A stretch of DNA of 64,000 bases from Clostridia bacterium (GTDB taxonomy: Bacteria > Bacillota > Clostridia > Christensenellales > QALW01). The translations under genes and the position numbers were made by a program. This document shows positions 63,504-64,000 of the stretch, piece by piece; positions within the stretch are counted from its first letter, which is position 1; every line of letters begins with the position of its first letter. The notes under the pieces were generated by a model. The model had not been told where the DNA came from. It saw nothing but the letters and a program-made list of their open reading frames with translations, and did no database searches. The stretch is from NCBI GenBank assembly GCA_045600145.1, contig JAZRXI010000012.1:14581-78580 (forward strand). Reading direction: 5' to 3'.

Positions 63504-64000
63504 TTAATCTTTCATACCGGATGTTGCCATCGTCTCTATAATGTTGCTCTGTGAGATGATGAACATTACTATCGGCACAAACATCAATATTACCGTTACG
63601 GCATTTGATACGCCCTGACGCGCTATACCCGTTGATACTATCTGGTTAAGCGCATAAGGCAGGGTCTTTAAGGATTCGCTCTGTATGAATACCGACGCAC
63701 CGAGGTTCCACAGGTTTTGTACCGAGAATATCATAAGTGTCAGCCATGCTGATTTTACCTGCGGAAGCACTATCGACCAAAAGATCTTGAAGCTCCCCGC
63801 ACCGTCGATACGCGCCGCCTCGATAAGCGACTTCGGTATCTGACTCATGAACTGCTGCATGAGGTACATACCCATTGAAGCACCGAATGTCGGAATGATT
63901 ATCGCCCAATAGGTATCTATCATTCCAAGACGCGCCTTGATCATGAACAACGGAATCCAAAGCACAGTACCGTTGAACATAAGGGATGTAACGATCATAC
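63504..64000 (-). CDS. Carbohydrate ABC transporter permease (MalG-like), C-terminal part; gene continues past the right edge
   Basis: EAARIDGAGSFKIFWSIVLPQ is the EAA loop. The frame is open to the window end. Confidence 0.75.
   Translation of the reverse strand, partial: MIVTSLMFNGTVLWIPLFMIKARLGMIDTYWAIIIPTFGASMGMYLMQQFMSQIPKSLIEAARIDGAGSFKIFWSIVLPQVKSAWLTLMIFSVQNLWNLGASVFIQSESLKTLPYALNQIVSTGIARQGVSNAVTVILMFVPIVMFIISQSNIIETMATSGMKD

Overview
This 64-kb chromosomal segment comes from a medium-GC, spore-forming Firmicute of class Clostridia. The yabP-yabQ-divIC genes plus dockerin and cohesin-like modules suggest a Ruminococcaceae/Oscillospiraceae-type gut or rumen anaerobe. It is almost entirely coding, with about 60 genes. 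No rRNA, tRNA, CRISPR array, transposase or prophage is visible. Housekeeping blocks: recD2 (partial), mgtE, yacL-radA-ispDF-S4, infC-rpmI-rplT with an L20-type leader, trmH, yebC, yabP-yabQ-divIC-ppx. Accessory content, left to right: (1) a PocR/AraC-controlled sugar locus followed by a stand-alone glycyl-radical activase; (2) a tightly coupled five-gene operon encoding DUF1836, a YqiJ/NfeD-like protein, flotillin and an ABC exporter; (3) a short, divergent glycyl radical enzyme (GRE) with its own activase; (4) an orphan operon of three prepilin-type proteins, one of 701 aa; (5) a membrane-anchored cohesin-like protein next to a dockerin-bearing SH3b/glucosaminidase cell-wall hydrolase; (6) a Trp (UGG) T-box leader in front of a TrpXYZ-type ABC importer; (7) a GH78 rhamnosidase, galE and a canonical diol-dehydratase-type GRE with a short activase and no microcompartment genes; (8) a SorC-regulated aldolase/reductase/phosphatase operon; (9) a cluster of a large lipoprotein, a YIP1 protein and an NHL-repeat protein set among LplB/LplC-type ABC permeases. 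A dispersed family of intergenic repeats sits at the 3' ends of several minus-strand operons. All functional calls come from reading motifs by eye; no searches were run.
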